Shown: piece by piece, positions 42,483 to 52,647 of the stretch
How the letters are laid out: every line of letters begins with the position of its first letter
Numbering within the stretch: position 1 is the stretch's first letter
Source: an uncultured Thermoleophilia bacterium
Lineage (GTDB): Bacteria; Actinomycetota; Thermoleophilia; UBA2241
Assembly (NCBI GenBank): GCA_963848545.1
Contig: CAWKEZ010000110.1
Coordinates: 8,979 to 72,978 of the forward strand
Reading direction: 5' to 3'
DNA length: 64,000 nt
Made by a program: the position numbers and the translations under genes
The notes under the pieces: generated by a model
The model's input: the letters and a program-made list of their open reading frames with translations, nothing else
The model's database searches: none
Told to the model about the DNA's origin: nothing

Positions 42483-43772
42483 ATGATCCTTTACCTCGAT
42501 TGCTCGAGCGGCATCAGCGGTGACATGCTCGTGGCCGCGCTGCTCGCGCTCTGCGGAGCGCGGGCGGAAGACCCGGGGCCTCTTGACGACGTGGTGCGCC
42601 CCGCCCTGGCGGCGGCCGGCATCGACCCCCGCCTCGGGTCTCTCGAGGAGGTCCGCCGCGGCGGCCTCGCGGCGCTCTCGTTCAGGGTGGCCGACGGCGT
42701 GGGTTTCGCGACCTTCGACGAGCTCATCATGTCTCTGTACGCGTCGGACCTGGATCAGCCCGTCGCCGACGCCGTGGCCTCCGTGGCGGAGCGCATGGCG
42801 GCCGCCGAGGCCGAGGTGCACGGCCGCGACGCGGAACACCTGCACGAGCTGAGCGGCGTCGACACGGCGGTCGACCTCATCGCGGCGGCGGCCCTGCTGC
42901 AGCGCCTGGCCCCCGAGCGCATCGTCGCGTCACCACCGGCCATGGGCAACGGCACCGTCGATACCGCGCACGGACGCCTGAGCGTGCCGGCGCCGGCCGT
43001 GCTGAGCCTGCTGGCCGGTCTGCCTACTCTGGGCGGCGCGGAGGCGCACGACGACAAGCCGTTGGGCGAGCTCACCACGCCCACCGGCGCGGCCCTGCTG
43101 GCCCATTACGCGGAGAGCTTCGGCGCCCTGCCGGCCGGCCGTATCGAGCTCACCGGGTATGGGGCCGGCCAGCGCGAGGTGCCGGGCCAGCCCAACGTGC
43201 TGCGCGCCGTGCTCGTCGACCCTCGCGGTGTTTCCGCCACTGAGGCGACGGGCGCGGGCGACGACGCTGCCGCCGGCCACGGCCTCGGCGACCACCTGCT
43301 GCTCGAGACCAACATCGACGACATGAGCCCCGAGATGCTGGCCCTGGCCGCCGATACTCTGCGCGCCGCCGGCGCCGTGGACGTGTGGGTCAGCGAGGCG
43401 CTCATGAAGAAGGGTCGCCCCGGCAGCGTGCTGCACGTGCTCTGCACGGTCGCCGACCGACCGCTTCTGGCCGATCTGATCTTCGCTGAGACCTCCACCT
43501 TCGGCCTGCGCGTGCTGTCGGTCGGCCGCCTGTACGCTGAGGAGCGGCGCGAGACCGTTACTATCGGCAGCCACGAGATCGGCGTGCGTCTGGGCTACGC
43601 CGGCGGACGGTTGGTCACCGTCTCGCCGGAGTTCGAGGACGTGCGGCAGGTGGCGATCGCCGTCGGCCGGCCGGCCAAGGTGGTGTACGAGGCCGCCCAA
43701 GCCGGGGCCCGCGCGCGCTTCAGCCGCGCCCCTCGCGTGCACAATGAAGCTAGTCGGCCTGAAGCCGACTAG
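42483..43772 (+). CDS. larC: LarC-family nickel insertion protein (DUF111)
   Basis: MILYLDCSSGISGDMLVAAL... LarC N-terminal signature; C-terminal region conserved; no larA/B/E adjacent. Confidence 0.7.
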   Translation: MILYLDCSSGISGDMLVAALLALCGARAEDPGPLDDVVRPALAAAGIDPRLGSLEEVRRGGLAALSFRVADGVGFATFDELIMSLYASDLDQPVADAVASVAERMAAAEAEVHGRDAEHLHELSGVDTAVDLIAAAALLQRLAPERIVASPPAMGNGTVDTAHGRLSVPAPAVLSLLAGLPTLGGAEAHDDKPLGELTTPTGAALLAHYAESFGALPAGRIELTGYGAGQREVPGQPNVLRAVLVDPRGVSATEATGAGDDAAAGHGLGDHLLLETNIDDMSPEMLALAADTLRAAGAVDVWVSEALMKKGRPGSVLHVLCTVADRPLLADLIFAETSTFGLRVLSVGRLYAEERRETVTIGSHEIGVRLGYAGGRLVTVSPEFEDVRQVAIAVGRPAKVVYEAAQAGARARFSRAPRVHNEASRPEAD

Positions 43773-44067
43773 CAGATGCGGTCCGCCTGCGGCGACCGCA
43801 CGGGGGGTTGCCTCGCTTGCGCGCAGCCAGCGGGCCACCCCGACTAATCCCCCCACTGCAGGGTCGGAACAGGCGCGGCGGCCGCAAGGCCCTCCGCGTG
43901 TGCTCGGCGGCCTTGGGCCGATGAGCTTCGAACCCACTCTTGACGAAATTGACCCTCTCGATTACGCGTATGTAGAATGCGGCACAAGGGGCTGCCCGGC
44001 GCCTGCCGCGGCGGCCCCGCCTGACCCCTGCGAGACGCGCGGAATAGTGGATACAAAGGAGGACGCG

Positions 44068-45786
44068 TTGACTTCGTCTACCAAGCCCATTCGCCTGTCG
44101 CCGGTGCCGCGAGACATCGACATCGCCCAGGCTGCGACGATGCAGCCCATCACGGCCATCGCCGAGAAGGCCGGGATCCTCGAGAGTGAGCTCGAGCTCT
44201 ACGGTCGCTACAAGGCCAAGATCGACTACATGGCGGTGCTCGAGCGCTTCAAGGACAAGCCCGACGGCAAGATCATCAACGTGACGGCGATCACCCCCAC
44301 GCCGCTGGGCGAGGGCAAGACCGTTACGGCCGTAGGCCTCACCGAGTCGATGAACGCCATCGGCATCGACACCATGTTGGCCGTGCGTGAGCCCTCTCTA
44401 GGCCCGGTGTTCGGTATCAAGGGTGGTGCCGCCGGCGGCGGCTACTCGCAGGTCGTTCCGATGGAAGACATCAATCTCCACTTCACCGGCGACATCCACG
44501 CGGTCGGTGTCGCCAACAACCTTCTCGCCGCCATGGTCGACAGCCACATCATGCACGGCAACGATCTCCAGATCGACCCCCTCACCATCTCCTGGCGGCG
44601 CTGCGTCGACCTCAACGACCGTGCCATGCGCGAGATCGTCAACGGCCTCGGCGGGCGGCTCAACGGCCTGCCGCGCCAGACCGGCTACGACATCACGGTG
44701 GCCAGCGAGGTCATGGCCATCCTGGGCCTCGCCACCAGCCTCAAGGACCTGCGTGAGCGCCTTGGCCGCATCACGTTTGCCTACAGCAAGACGGGCAAGC
44801 CGCTGACCGCCGACGACATCGGCGCCGGCGGGGCCATGACAGTGCTCCTCAAGGATGCCCTCAAGCCCAATATCGTGCAGACGCTCGAGGGCAACGCGGC
44901 GCTCATCCACGCGGGCCCGTTCGCCAACATCGCCCAGGGCAACAACTCCATCATCGCCGACAAGGTCGCCATGAAGCTCAGCGATTACGTCGTCACCGAG
45001 AGCGGCTTCGCCGCCGACCTCGGCTCCGAGAAGTTCATGGACATCATCTGCCGCTACGGGGGCTTCGTGCCGAGCTGCGTGGTCATCACCTGCACCATGC
45101 GGGCGCTCAAGATGCACGGCGGGCTGCCGCTCGACCCCGAGCTGCTCAAGGCCGAGAACAACGAGGCGCTCACCAAGGGCTGCGAGAACCTCGCCAAGCA
45201 GATCGAGAACATGAAGCTCTTCGGCCTGCCCGTGGTGGTGACCATCAACCGCTTCGCCTTCGACCGTGACAACGAGGTCGAGATCGTGCGCCAGGAAGCC
45301 ATCGCAGCCGGCGCCGAAGACGCCGTGCCGATCAACGTGCACGCGCTCGGCGGCGACGGCGGCCAGGAGGCCGCCGAGGTAGTCAAGGCGGCCGCCGACA
45401 AGGGCGGCGACTTCCACTTTCTCTACTCCCTGGAGGCGTCCATCAAGGAGAAGATCGAGACCATCGCCACCAAGGTGTACGGCGCCGACGGCGTCGATTA
45501 CATGCCCGAGGCGGAGGCCAAGATCAAACTGTTCACCGAGCAGGGCCTCGACAAGCTGCCGCTGTGCATGGCGAAGACGCACCTCTCGCTGAGCCATGAT
45601 CCCGCCCTCAAGGGCCGTCCGCGCGGCTTCCGTGTGCCGATTCGCGATGTCCGTCCCGCCACCGGCGCCGGGTACCTGTACCCGCTGCTCGGTGAGATGC
45701 GCACCATGCCGGGTCTGGCCAAGCGGCCGGCGGCCGTAGATGTAGACATCGACGTCGAGACGGGGCGCATCATCGGCCTGTTCTGA
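44068..45786 (+). CDS. fhs: formate--tetrahydrofolate ligase
   Basis: TTG start after AAGGAGG; ...ITPTPLGEGKTVTAVGL..., ...IPVNLAG-type FTHFS core, 572 aa. Confidence 0.9.
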   Translation: MTSSTKPIRLSPVPRDIDIAQAATMQPITAIAEKAGILESELELYGRYKAKIDYMAVLERFKDKPDGKIINVTAITPTPLGEGKTVTAVGLTESMNAIGIDTMLAVREPSLGPVFGIKGGAAGGGYSQVVPMEDINLHFTGDIHAVGVANNLLAAMVDSHIMHGNDLQIDPLTISWRRCVDLNDRAMREIVNGLGGRLNGLPRQTGYDITVASEVMAILGLATSLKDLRERLGRITFAYSKTGKPLTADDIGAGGAMTVLLKDALKPNIVQTLEGNAALIHAGPFANIAQGNNSIIADKVAMKLSDYVVTESGFAADLGSEKFMDIICRYGGFVPSCVVITCTMRALKMHGGLPLDPELLKAENNEALTKGCENLAKQIENMKLFGLPVVVTINRFAFDRDNEVEIVRQEAIAAGAEDAVPINVHALGGDGGQEAAEVVKAAADKGGDFHFLYSLEASIKEKIETIATKVYGADGVDYMPEAEAKIKLFTEQGLDKLPLCMAKTHLSLSHDPALKGRPRGFRVPIRDVRPATGAGYLYPLLGEMRTMPGLAKRPAAVDVDIDVETGRIIGLF

Positions 45787-45936
45787 GCACCCTAGCGCGT
45801 GCCCCGGGGCGCCGGCCGCCTAACGGCGCCGGCGCCCCGCGGAGCCGCTCTCGGCGGCTCCGCGGGGTCCGGGCATCAGGCGTGATCGCGCGGCTCGGGC
45901 GTGATCACGTGGCGCGTCTCACAGCGGAGGTAAACC

Positions 45937-46578
45937 GTGAGCGATGGTCCCCCCATCTACGTAGAAGAACCCCTGCAGGTCTACCTCGACGACGCTGCGT
46001 CCAAGAAGCCTGCACCCGGGGGCGGCAGCGTGTCGGCCTGTGTCGGCGCGCTCGGCGCCGCCCTCGTCGAGATGGTGTGTAATCTCACTCGTGGGCGCGA
46101 GAAGTTCGCCGCCGCGGAAGACGAGATCGTGGCCCTCGTCGCCGACGCGGAGGCGGCGCGTCTGCGCCTCCAGCAGTTGCTCCAGGACGACACCACGGCG
46201 TACAACGGCGTGATCGAGGCCTTCAAGCTGCCCAAAGACACCGACCGGGAGAAAGAGGCACGCCGCGCCGCCGTTCAGTCTGGCCTCGTGGCGGCCGCCA
46301 ACGTGCCCCTCGAGATCTGCAAGGTCGCCGTGGAGGTCTGCCGCCTGTCGAAGACAGCGGCCGCCCTGGGCAACCCGCAGGCGGTCACCGACGCCGGCAT
46401 CGGCGCCATCCTCGGCGAGGCGGCCGTGGTGGGCGCCGCCCTCAACGTGAAGATCAACCTCGGCTCCATAGAGGATTGCGATTACACCGCGGCGGCCGCC
46501 GCGCAGATCGACGAGATGCAAACCCAGGCTGCCCTCCTGCGCGCCGAGGTGCTCGCTCTCACGCTCTCCAAGCTCTGA
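45937..46578 (+). CDS. fchA: methenyltetrahydrofolate cyclohydrolase (FchA / cyclodeaminase-cyclohydrolase family)
   Basis: 213 aa, ...PAPGGGSVSACVGALGAALVEMVCNLT... characteristic of FTCD_C/FchA family. Confidence 0.75.
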   Translation: MSDGPPIYVEEPLQVYLDDAASKKPAPGGGSVSACVGALGAALVEMVCNLTRGREKFAAAEDEIVALVADAEAARLRLQQLLQDDTTAYNGVIEAFKLPKDTDREKEARRAAVQSGLVAAANVPLEICKVAVEVCRLSKTAAALGNPQAVTDAGIGAILGEAAVVGAALNVKINLGSIEDCDYTAAAAAQIDEMQTQAALLRAEVLALTLSKL

Positions 46579-46611
46579 CCATCTTCGAAAGAGAAACGCG
46601 AAAGGTACGCC

Positions 46612-47471
46612 ATGGCAGCTCAGATCATCGACGGCAAGGCTATCGCCGAGCAGATCCGTGAAGAGATCAAGGCCGAGGTCGCGAAGCTCGCGACGTGCGG
46701 TGTAAAGCCGGGAGTAGCCACCATCCTGGTGGGTGAGGACGGCGGCGCGCAGTTCTACCGCGGCCAGATCGAGAAGAACACCGCCACCGTGGGCTTCAAT
46801 TACTACAACAACATCCTGCCGGCCGGAGCCAGCGAGGCGGAGGTGTTGGCCCTCATCGACAAGCTCAACGCCGACCTCCACGTGCACGGCATCCTGGCGC
46901 TCATGCCCATGGCCGGCGAGATCGACCAGAACAAGGTCTTCAACGCCATCGCGCCGGTGAAAGACCTCGACTGCGTGAACCCGGCCAACATCGGCCACGT
47001 GCTGCTCGGCGACCAGCTCTTCGCGCCGGCGACGCCGTCGGCCTGCATGGAGATCTTCGACCGCGAGGGCATCGAGCTGCAGGGCCTGGATGTGACGATC
47101 GTCAACCACTTCGAACATCGTCGGCAAGCCGGTGGCGCTGCTCTGCCTCAACCGTAATGCCTCGGTGCACGTGGTCCACGTGTTCAGCCAAGACGTGCCC
47201 GCCGCCTGCCGCGAGGCCGACGTCGTCATCAGCGCGGCGCCGGTGCGTAACCTCATCAAGAAGAACATGGTCAAGCCTGGCGCCGTGGTGGTAGACGTCA
47301 CCACGATGCGCGGCGACGACGGCAAGCAGGTGGGCAGCCTGGAGTGGGAGGGCGTACTCGAAGGTGGCCGGCAGCGCCACGCCGGTGCCCGGAGGCGTGG
47401 GGCCCGTGACCAACGTCATCCTGCTCAAGAACGCTCTGGTGGCCTGCAAGACGCAGAGTGGCGTGAGCTGA
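46612..47471 (+). CDS. folD: bifunctional methylene-THF dehydrogenase/methenyl-THF cyclohydrolase FolD, at least two frameshifts (~47115, ~47340)
   Basis: MAAQIIDGKAIAEQIREEIK...ILVGEDGGAQFY...; NAD(P) Rossmann part in ORF 47132..47539 frame; true C-terminus GPVTNVILLKNALVACKTQSGVS* in third frame. Confidence 0.8.
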
Positions 47472-47621
47472 CAGCCACGTTCAGCTCGGGGCGCGGCCGG
47501 CGGCGTGAGCACCGGCGGCTGGGACGTGGTTCAATATAGAGAGACTCTGGTGGGAAGGAGGATGGCCGCACCGGGGCGGCGCGGCCATCCAACGAACGCG
47601 GAACATGACGTGGAGCTGATG

Positions 47622-48202
47622 TGATGCCCAGGCGAGTAACTCGTAGCGCGCCGGTCCTGACCGGCGGCGGACAACCCGACCTCGATCTCGCGCAGGTCGG
47701 GACCATCGTTGCCGAGGGCGATCCTCACGGCAACCTCATCGCGCTCCTGCAGCGCACCCAGCAGGTGTACGGCTATCTGCCGGAGCCGGTGGTCAACGAG
47801 ATCTCCCGGCTGAGCGGCGTGCCCGCCTCGCGCATCCACGGCATCATCACGTTCTACGCTCAGTTCTCGACGCTGCCGAGCGGTCGTCACAAGATCTGCG
47901 TCTGCCACGGCACCGCCTGCCACGTGGCCGGCGCCTCGCGCATCACCGAGGCCTTCGAGCAAGAGCTTGGGGTCGCCGACGGCGACACCACGCCCGACAT
48001 GGAGTTCACGCTCGACAGGGTCGCCTGCATGGGGGCTTGTTCCAGGCGCCCGTGATGCGCATCGACGACGGCACGTTCGGCAACCTTAACGCCGATCAGA
48101 CGCGCAAGATCATCCATGACCTCGTCAAGGATCTCGGCCTCGAAGAGGCTTACTCCGGCGGTGGGTCCGCCGTCGCGGCGGCGGGGGGTGACGGCAATGG
48201 CT
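47622..48202 (+). CDS. NuoE/HoxE-like 2Fe-2S thioredoxin-fold ferredoxin subunit, frameshift ~48035; stop overlaps nuoF-like start
   Basis: ...IITFYAQFSTLPSGRHKICVCHGTACHVAG...ACMGACS|LAPVMRIDDGTFGNL... (4 Cys ligands). Confidence 0.75.
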
Positions 48203-50107
48203 GAGTCCGTGAGCACGGCGCCGCAGACCGTGCCGGCCGAGGGCGTCAAGGTCGGCGTGTCAGCCGCCGGCAACGGCAAGCGCCGGGTGTCGGTGTGCGC
48301 CGGCACTGCCTGCGTGTTCGCCGGCTCCATGAAGGTGCGCGACGCATTCATCGCGGAGGTGGCGGCCGCCGGCCTGCAGGACGAGGTCGAGGTGACCATC
48401 ATCGGCTGTCACGGCCTGTGCTCGCAGGGGCCGTTGGCGGTGCTCTCGGATGGCGATACCTACTACCCGCGCCTCAAGGTCAAAGATGTGGCCACGGTGG
48501 TCCAGGAGCATCTCGTGGGCAGCACCGTGGTGGAGAAGCTACTCTACGTCGATCCCGTGAGCGGCGAGCGCATCGCCTGTGCTCACGAGATCCCGTTCTA
48601 CAAGGCGCAGACGCGCATCGCTCTGCGCGACGTGGGCGTCATCAATCCCGAGAGCCTCGACGAGTACCTCGCGCGCGGCGGTTATGAGGCGTCGCGCAAG
48701 GCGCTCACCACCATGCAGCCGCAGGAGATCGTCGCCGAGATGCTAGCCTCCGGCTTGCGCGGTCGCGGCGGCGCCGGTTTTCCCACCGGCATGAAGTGGA
48801 AGTTCGCCGCCGCCTCCCCCGGCGACGTTAAGTACGTCATCTGTAACGGCGACGAGGGCGACCCCGGGGCTTTCATGGACGCGTCCATCATGGACGGCGA
48901 CCCGCATGCCGTGCTCGAGGGTATGACCATCGCCTCGTACGCCATCGGCGCCCACGAGGGCTACATCTACGTGCGTGCCGAGTATCCGCTCGCGGTCAAG
49001 CGTCTGCGCCTGGCCATTGCCGCCGCCGAGGAGCGCGGGTTCCTCGGCCACGACATCTTCGGTAGCGGCTGGGATTTCAAGCTCAAGATCAAGGAGGGCG
49101 CCGGAGCCTTCGTGTGCGGCGAAGAGACCGCCCTGATCGCCTCCGTCCAAGGTGAGCGGGGCATGCCGCGCAAGCGGCCGCCGTTCCCGGCCGTCTCCGG
49201 CCTGTGGGGCAAGCCCACCAACATCAACAACGTCGAGACGTACGCCAACGTGCCCTGGATCATCGCCCACGGCGCCGCCGCCTACGCCGCCTTCGGCAAC
49301 GAGACCTGCAAGGGCACCAAGGCCTTCAGCCTGGCCGGCAAGATCGTCAACGGCGGCCTCGCCGAGGTGCCCATGGGCTCCACCCTGCGCCACGTCATCT
49401 TCGACGTGGGCGGCGGCATCAAGAACGGCCGCCAGTTCAAGGCCGTGCAGCTCGGCGGCCCCTCGGGCGGCTGCATCCCGGCGAGCCTGCTCGACACCCC
49501 GGTCGACTACGAGAGCCTGGCCGCCACCGGCGCCATCGTGGGTTCTGGCGGCATGGTGGTGGCCGACGACAGCACCTGCATGGTCGACCTCGCCAAGTAC
49601 TTCCTGCAGTTCACCCAGAACGAGAGCTGCGGCAAGTGCGTGCCCTGTCGCCTGGGCACCAAGCGCATGCTCGAGATCCTCGAGCGCATCACGGCCGGCG
49701 AGGGGCGTGAGGGCGATATCGAGAAGCTCGAGACGCTCGCCACGTCTATCAAGAAGACCAGCCTCTGCGGCTTGGGGCAGACGGCGCCCAACCCGGTGCT
49801 TACCACGGTGCGCTACTTCCGCGACGAGTACGAGGCGCACATCAGCGAGCATCGCTGTCCGGCGCTGGCCTGCGACGCGCTTATCGCCTACACCATCGAT
49901 CCCGACGCCTGCACGGGCTGCCTGTTGTGCGCCAAGCGCTGCCCGGTCGGCGCCGCTCACGGCGAGAAGAAGCAGCCGCACGTGATCGACCAGGACCTGT
50001 GCGTCAAATGCGATGCCTGCCGCGCGGCCTGCAAGTTCGAAGCGGTGAAGGTCGTAAGCGGGCCAGACACCATCGCTGCCGCCGTAGCCGCGCAGCGCGG
50101 CGGCTGA
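48197..50107 (+). CDS. NuoF-like NAD(H)-binding FMN iron-sulfur flavoprotein (HndC/HydB-type: N-terminal 2Fe-2S, NuoF core, C-terminal 2x[4Fe-4S])
   Basis: CAGTACVFAG...IGCHGLCSQGP; GRGGAGFPTGMKW; ESCGKCVPCRLGT; CTGCLLCAKRCP...CVKCDACRAAC. Confidence 0.85.
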   Translation: MAESVSTAPQTVPAEGVKVGVSAAGNGKRRVSVCAGTACVFAGSMKVRDAFIAEVAAAGLQDEVEVTIIGCHGLCSQGPLAVLSDGDTYYPRLKVKDVATVVQEHLVGSTVVEKLLYVDPVSGERIACAHEIPFYKAQTRIALRDVGVINPESLDEYLARGGYEASRKALTTMQPQEIVAEMLASGLRGRGGAGFPTGMKWKFAAASPGDVKYVICNGDEGDPGAFMDASIMDGDPHAVLEGMTIASYAIGAHEGYIYVRAEYPLAVKRLRLAIAAAEERGFLGHDIFGSGWDFKLKIKEGAGAFVCGEETALIASVQGERGMPRKRPPFPAVSGLWGKPTNINNVETYANVPWIIAHGAAAYAAFGNETCKGTKAFSLAGKIVNGGLAEVPMGSTLRHVIFDVGGGIKNGRQFKAVQLGGPSGGCIPASLLDTPVDYESLAATGAIVGSGGMVVADDSTCMVDLAKYFLQFTQNESCGKCVPCRLGTKRMLEILERITAGEGREGDIEKLETLATSIKKTSLCGLGQTAPNPVLTTVRYFRDEYEAHISEHRCPALACDALIAYTIDPDACTGCLLCAKRCPVGAAHGEKKQPHVIDQDLCVKCDACRAACKFEAVKVVSGPDTIAAAVAAQRGG

Positions 50108-50122
50108 CACGACCAACGAGTG

Positions 50123-50168
50123 GCGAGGGGCCGCGGCGGTGTCGACAGACACCGCCGCGGCCCCTCGC
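50123..50168 (+). terminator. strong GC hairpin (21-bp stem, GACA loop) after nuoF-like gene
   Basis: GCGAGGGGCCGCGGCGGTGTC-GACA-GACACCGCCGCGGCCCCTCGC. Confidence 0.5.
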
Positions 50169-50243
50169 CGCGCACTGCCTCTGGGGCCGCTGCGGCCGGA
50201 TTTGCGCATCGTGTGCGAAATGGCGGTGGATCAGGGCGCTATG

Positions 50244-50288
50244 TAGGAATCGGCAATATGCGTTTTTCGCACGTTGCCGATTCCTACA
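50244..50288. promoter_or_regulatory. perfect 14-bp inverted repeat (GTAGGAATCGGCAA-N17-TTGCCGATTCCTAC) in AT-richer region upstream of lrp
   Basis: Direct reading of sequence; followed by TTGACA-like -35 at ~50303. Confidence 0.4.
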
Positions 50289-50369
50289 AAGGGTGCCTTC
50301 CCCTTGACATTTTCCGACGCTGGGTATCGAAATAGGCGGGCGGAATTGGCGCGTGACCAGGGGGGTCGA

Positions 50370-50835
50370 ATGCCATTCAGTCTCGACGCGATCGATCGGA
50401 AGATCGTGCTCTCCTACTCGAAGACGGTCGCGTGTCGTCGGCCGAGATAACACGGCGCATCGGCCACGTGTCGGAACGGGCCGTGCGCTACCGGATCGAG
50501 CGTCTCATCCGCTCTGGCGTGATCCGCGTCAGCGCCATAGTCAATCCGCAAGCGGTGGGCTTCTCGGTAATCGGCGACGTGCTCATCGACGTCGCTCCCG
50601 GCAAGCTGCAAGACGTCGCCGCCCAACTCGTTGAGATCCCGACCGTCAGCTACCTGGCGGGCTCCGTCGGCGAGGGCGACCTCAGCGTGCAGGTGTACGC
50701 CCGCGACACGGAGGAGCTCCTGCGCTTCGTCAACGAAGTGATCGGCAAGGTTCCGGGAGTCACGCGCACAAAGCTTGCCATGGTGCCGTGGAAGCTCAAG
50801 GACGTGTATCAGTGGCAGGTTCCCGTTGGAGGCCG
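50370..50835 (+). CDS. Lrp/AsnC-family transcriptional regulator, frameshift ~50415; no stop before downstream permease in this frame
   Basis: MPFSLDAIDRKIVL|...EDGRVSSAEITRRIGHVSERAVRYRIERL (HTH) ...RAM domain. Confidence 0.65.
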
Positions 50836-50955
50836 CTGTGGAAGGGAGGGCCATCGGCTGAGGCGTTTCCGCGTACGTGTGTCTCTCACCAACGACCACG
50901 GTATCGCCGGCAGGGGCCTAGTCGGTGAGCCAAGGGGACGAAGCAAGGGGGGAAA

Positions 50956-52581
50956 TGTGGCTGAAGAACTAGCCTTTGCCCGCAAAGCGAGCGGCCTTGT
51001 TCGTGGCCTCTCCATGATGGACGCTTTCGCCGTCGGTTTCATGAACCAGGGGCTCACCCCGAGCATCTGGTTCACGATCAGCCTCGGCCTGGGTGTCTTC
51101 ATGGGCGGCAACCTGATTATCGCCTGTATCATCTCGGCGGTGCTCGCCGGTATCGGCTTCCCCATCGTCTGGGGTGTCCTCGGCGGGTCGATGCCGAGGT
51201 CGGGCGGCGAGTACGTCTACAACTCACGCATCATCCATCCGATCTACGGTATCGCTCAGAGCTTCGGAGATGCCGCCATCTGGCTGATGTGGATCTTCGT
51301 GCTGGCACCGCTCGCCGTGGACCCCGGTCTCACCACCACGTTCAACTACATGGGGCTCAACGGCGCTGCCAACTGGATCACCAGCTCCACGGCCGTCACC
51401 CTGCTGATGGTCACCGTCTTCAACATCCTCGGTTTCATCTTCGTGGTCTTCGGCATCAGGATCTTCGCCCTGACGCAGAAGATCGTGATGTTCTTCGGCA
51501 TCGGTGGCTGCATCGTCATCGGCCTCGTGCTGACCTTCTCATCACATGCCAACTTCGTCTCCAAGTGGAACACTGCCGCGGCAGCTACACACTCGGCCAA
51601 CTACAACCAGTTCATCGTCAAGGTCGGCCAGGCGGCCGGCCAGCTGGTGCCGCACTCCTGGAGCTGGGGTCCCACATTCGGCTGCATGGTGGCCATGTCG
51701 TGGCTGTTCGCCTACGCCTACTCGATCTCGTTCATCGGCGGCGAGGTCAAGCGGCCCAGACAAGACCATCATCTTGTCCAACCTCTTCGCCATCGCCGTG
51801 CCGTTCGTCTTCATGCTGTGGATCGCCATCGTGCTCGAACAGGACGGTCGGCTACCAGTTCCTGAATGCCTCAGCCTGGAACGACAACAACGGTGGCATC
51901 GCGGCGGTCGCCAACATGCCGCACACCACCAACTTCATGGATCTGGCGGTCTACAACATCGGCACGAAAGCCTGGTACACGAAGCTCGCCGCCGGCTACA
52001 TGGGCTTCTCGTATGTGGCGTTCACGCTGTGGTGGATCGCGCTTTCCTACCTGGCCTTCCCGCGCATCCTCTTTGCCTGGGGCATGGACCGCATGGGCCC
52101 CAAGTGGTTCACCGACATCAACCCTCGCTGGGCCAGCCCGGTGAAGAACTACATCGTCTGCTTCGTGATCGGCGAGGGGTTGCTGGTCCTTCAGACCTTG
52201 TGGCTCTCCAGTGTCATGCAGAACCTAATCGTCACCGGCATGCAGGTGACGTCGGTATTCATCCCGACAGCGATCGCGGCTCTGCTCTTCCCGTACGTCA
52301 AGCGCGCCAAGGGGGTGTGGGACTCGTCGCCGTACAAGACGTGGATGTTCCTCGGCATCCCGGTGGTGGTCTGGGGTGCCGTGCTCGACCTCATCTACCT
52401 CGGCATTCTGCTCTACGTCTTCGTGTTCAACAGCGCGGCCGGCCAGTTCACCCTGGCGGGCGACATCATCATGGTGACTGCCTGGGTCGCGGGCATCGCC
52501 TGGTACTTCTTCTGGAAGCAGCGCAGCAGAGCGGTCGGCGTGGACGTCTCGCTCACCTACGGCGAGTTGCCACCCGAGTGA
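50956..52581 (+). CDS. APC-superfamily amino acid permease, frameshifts ~51760-51870
   Basis: GTG start after AAGGGGGG; 12-TM-like sequence across ORFs 50432..51865, 51289..52581 and 51546..52586. Confidence 0.6.
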
Positions 52582-52647
52582 TCTAGCAGTACCGTGAGGG
52601 ACGGGAGCATCTCGCTCCCGCCCCTCACTCGTCCCTGGAGTGTGTAG

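Noticed and set aside
40245-42845. 866-aa minus-strand ORF
   Set aside because: Only the last ~360 codons (40245..41327) encode the methyltransferase. The upstream part is an out-of-frame read-through across the GT4 gene and intergenic DNA.
44398-45597. 399-aa minus-strand ORF
   Set aside because: Antisense to fhs.
48743-50209. 488-aa minus-strand ORF
   Set aside because: Antisense to the nuoF-like gene.
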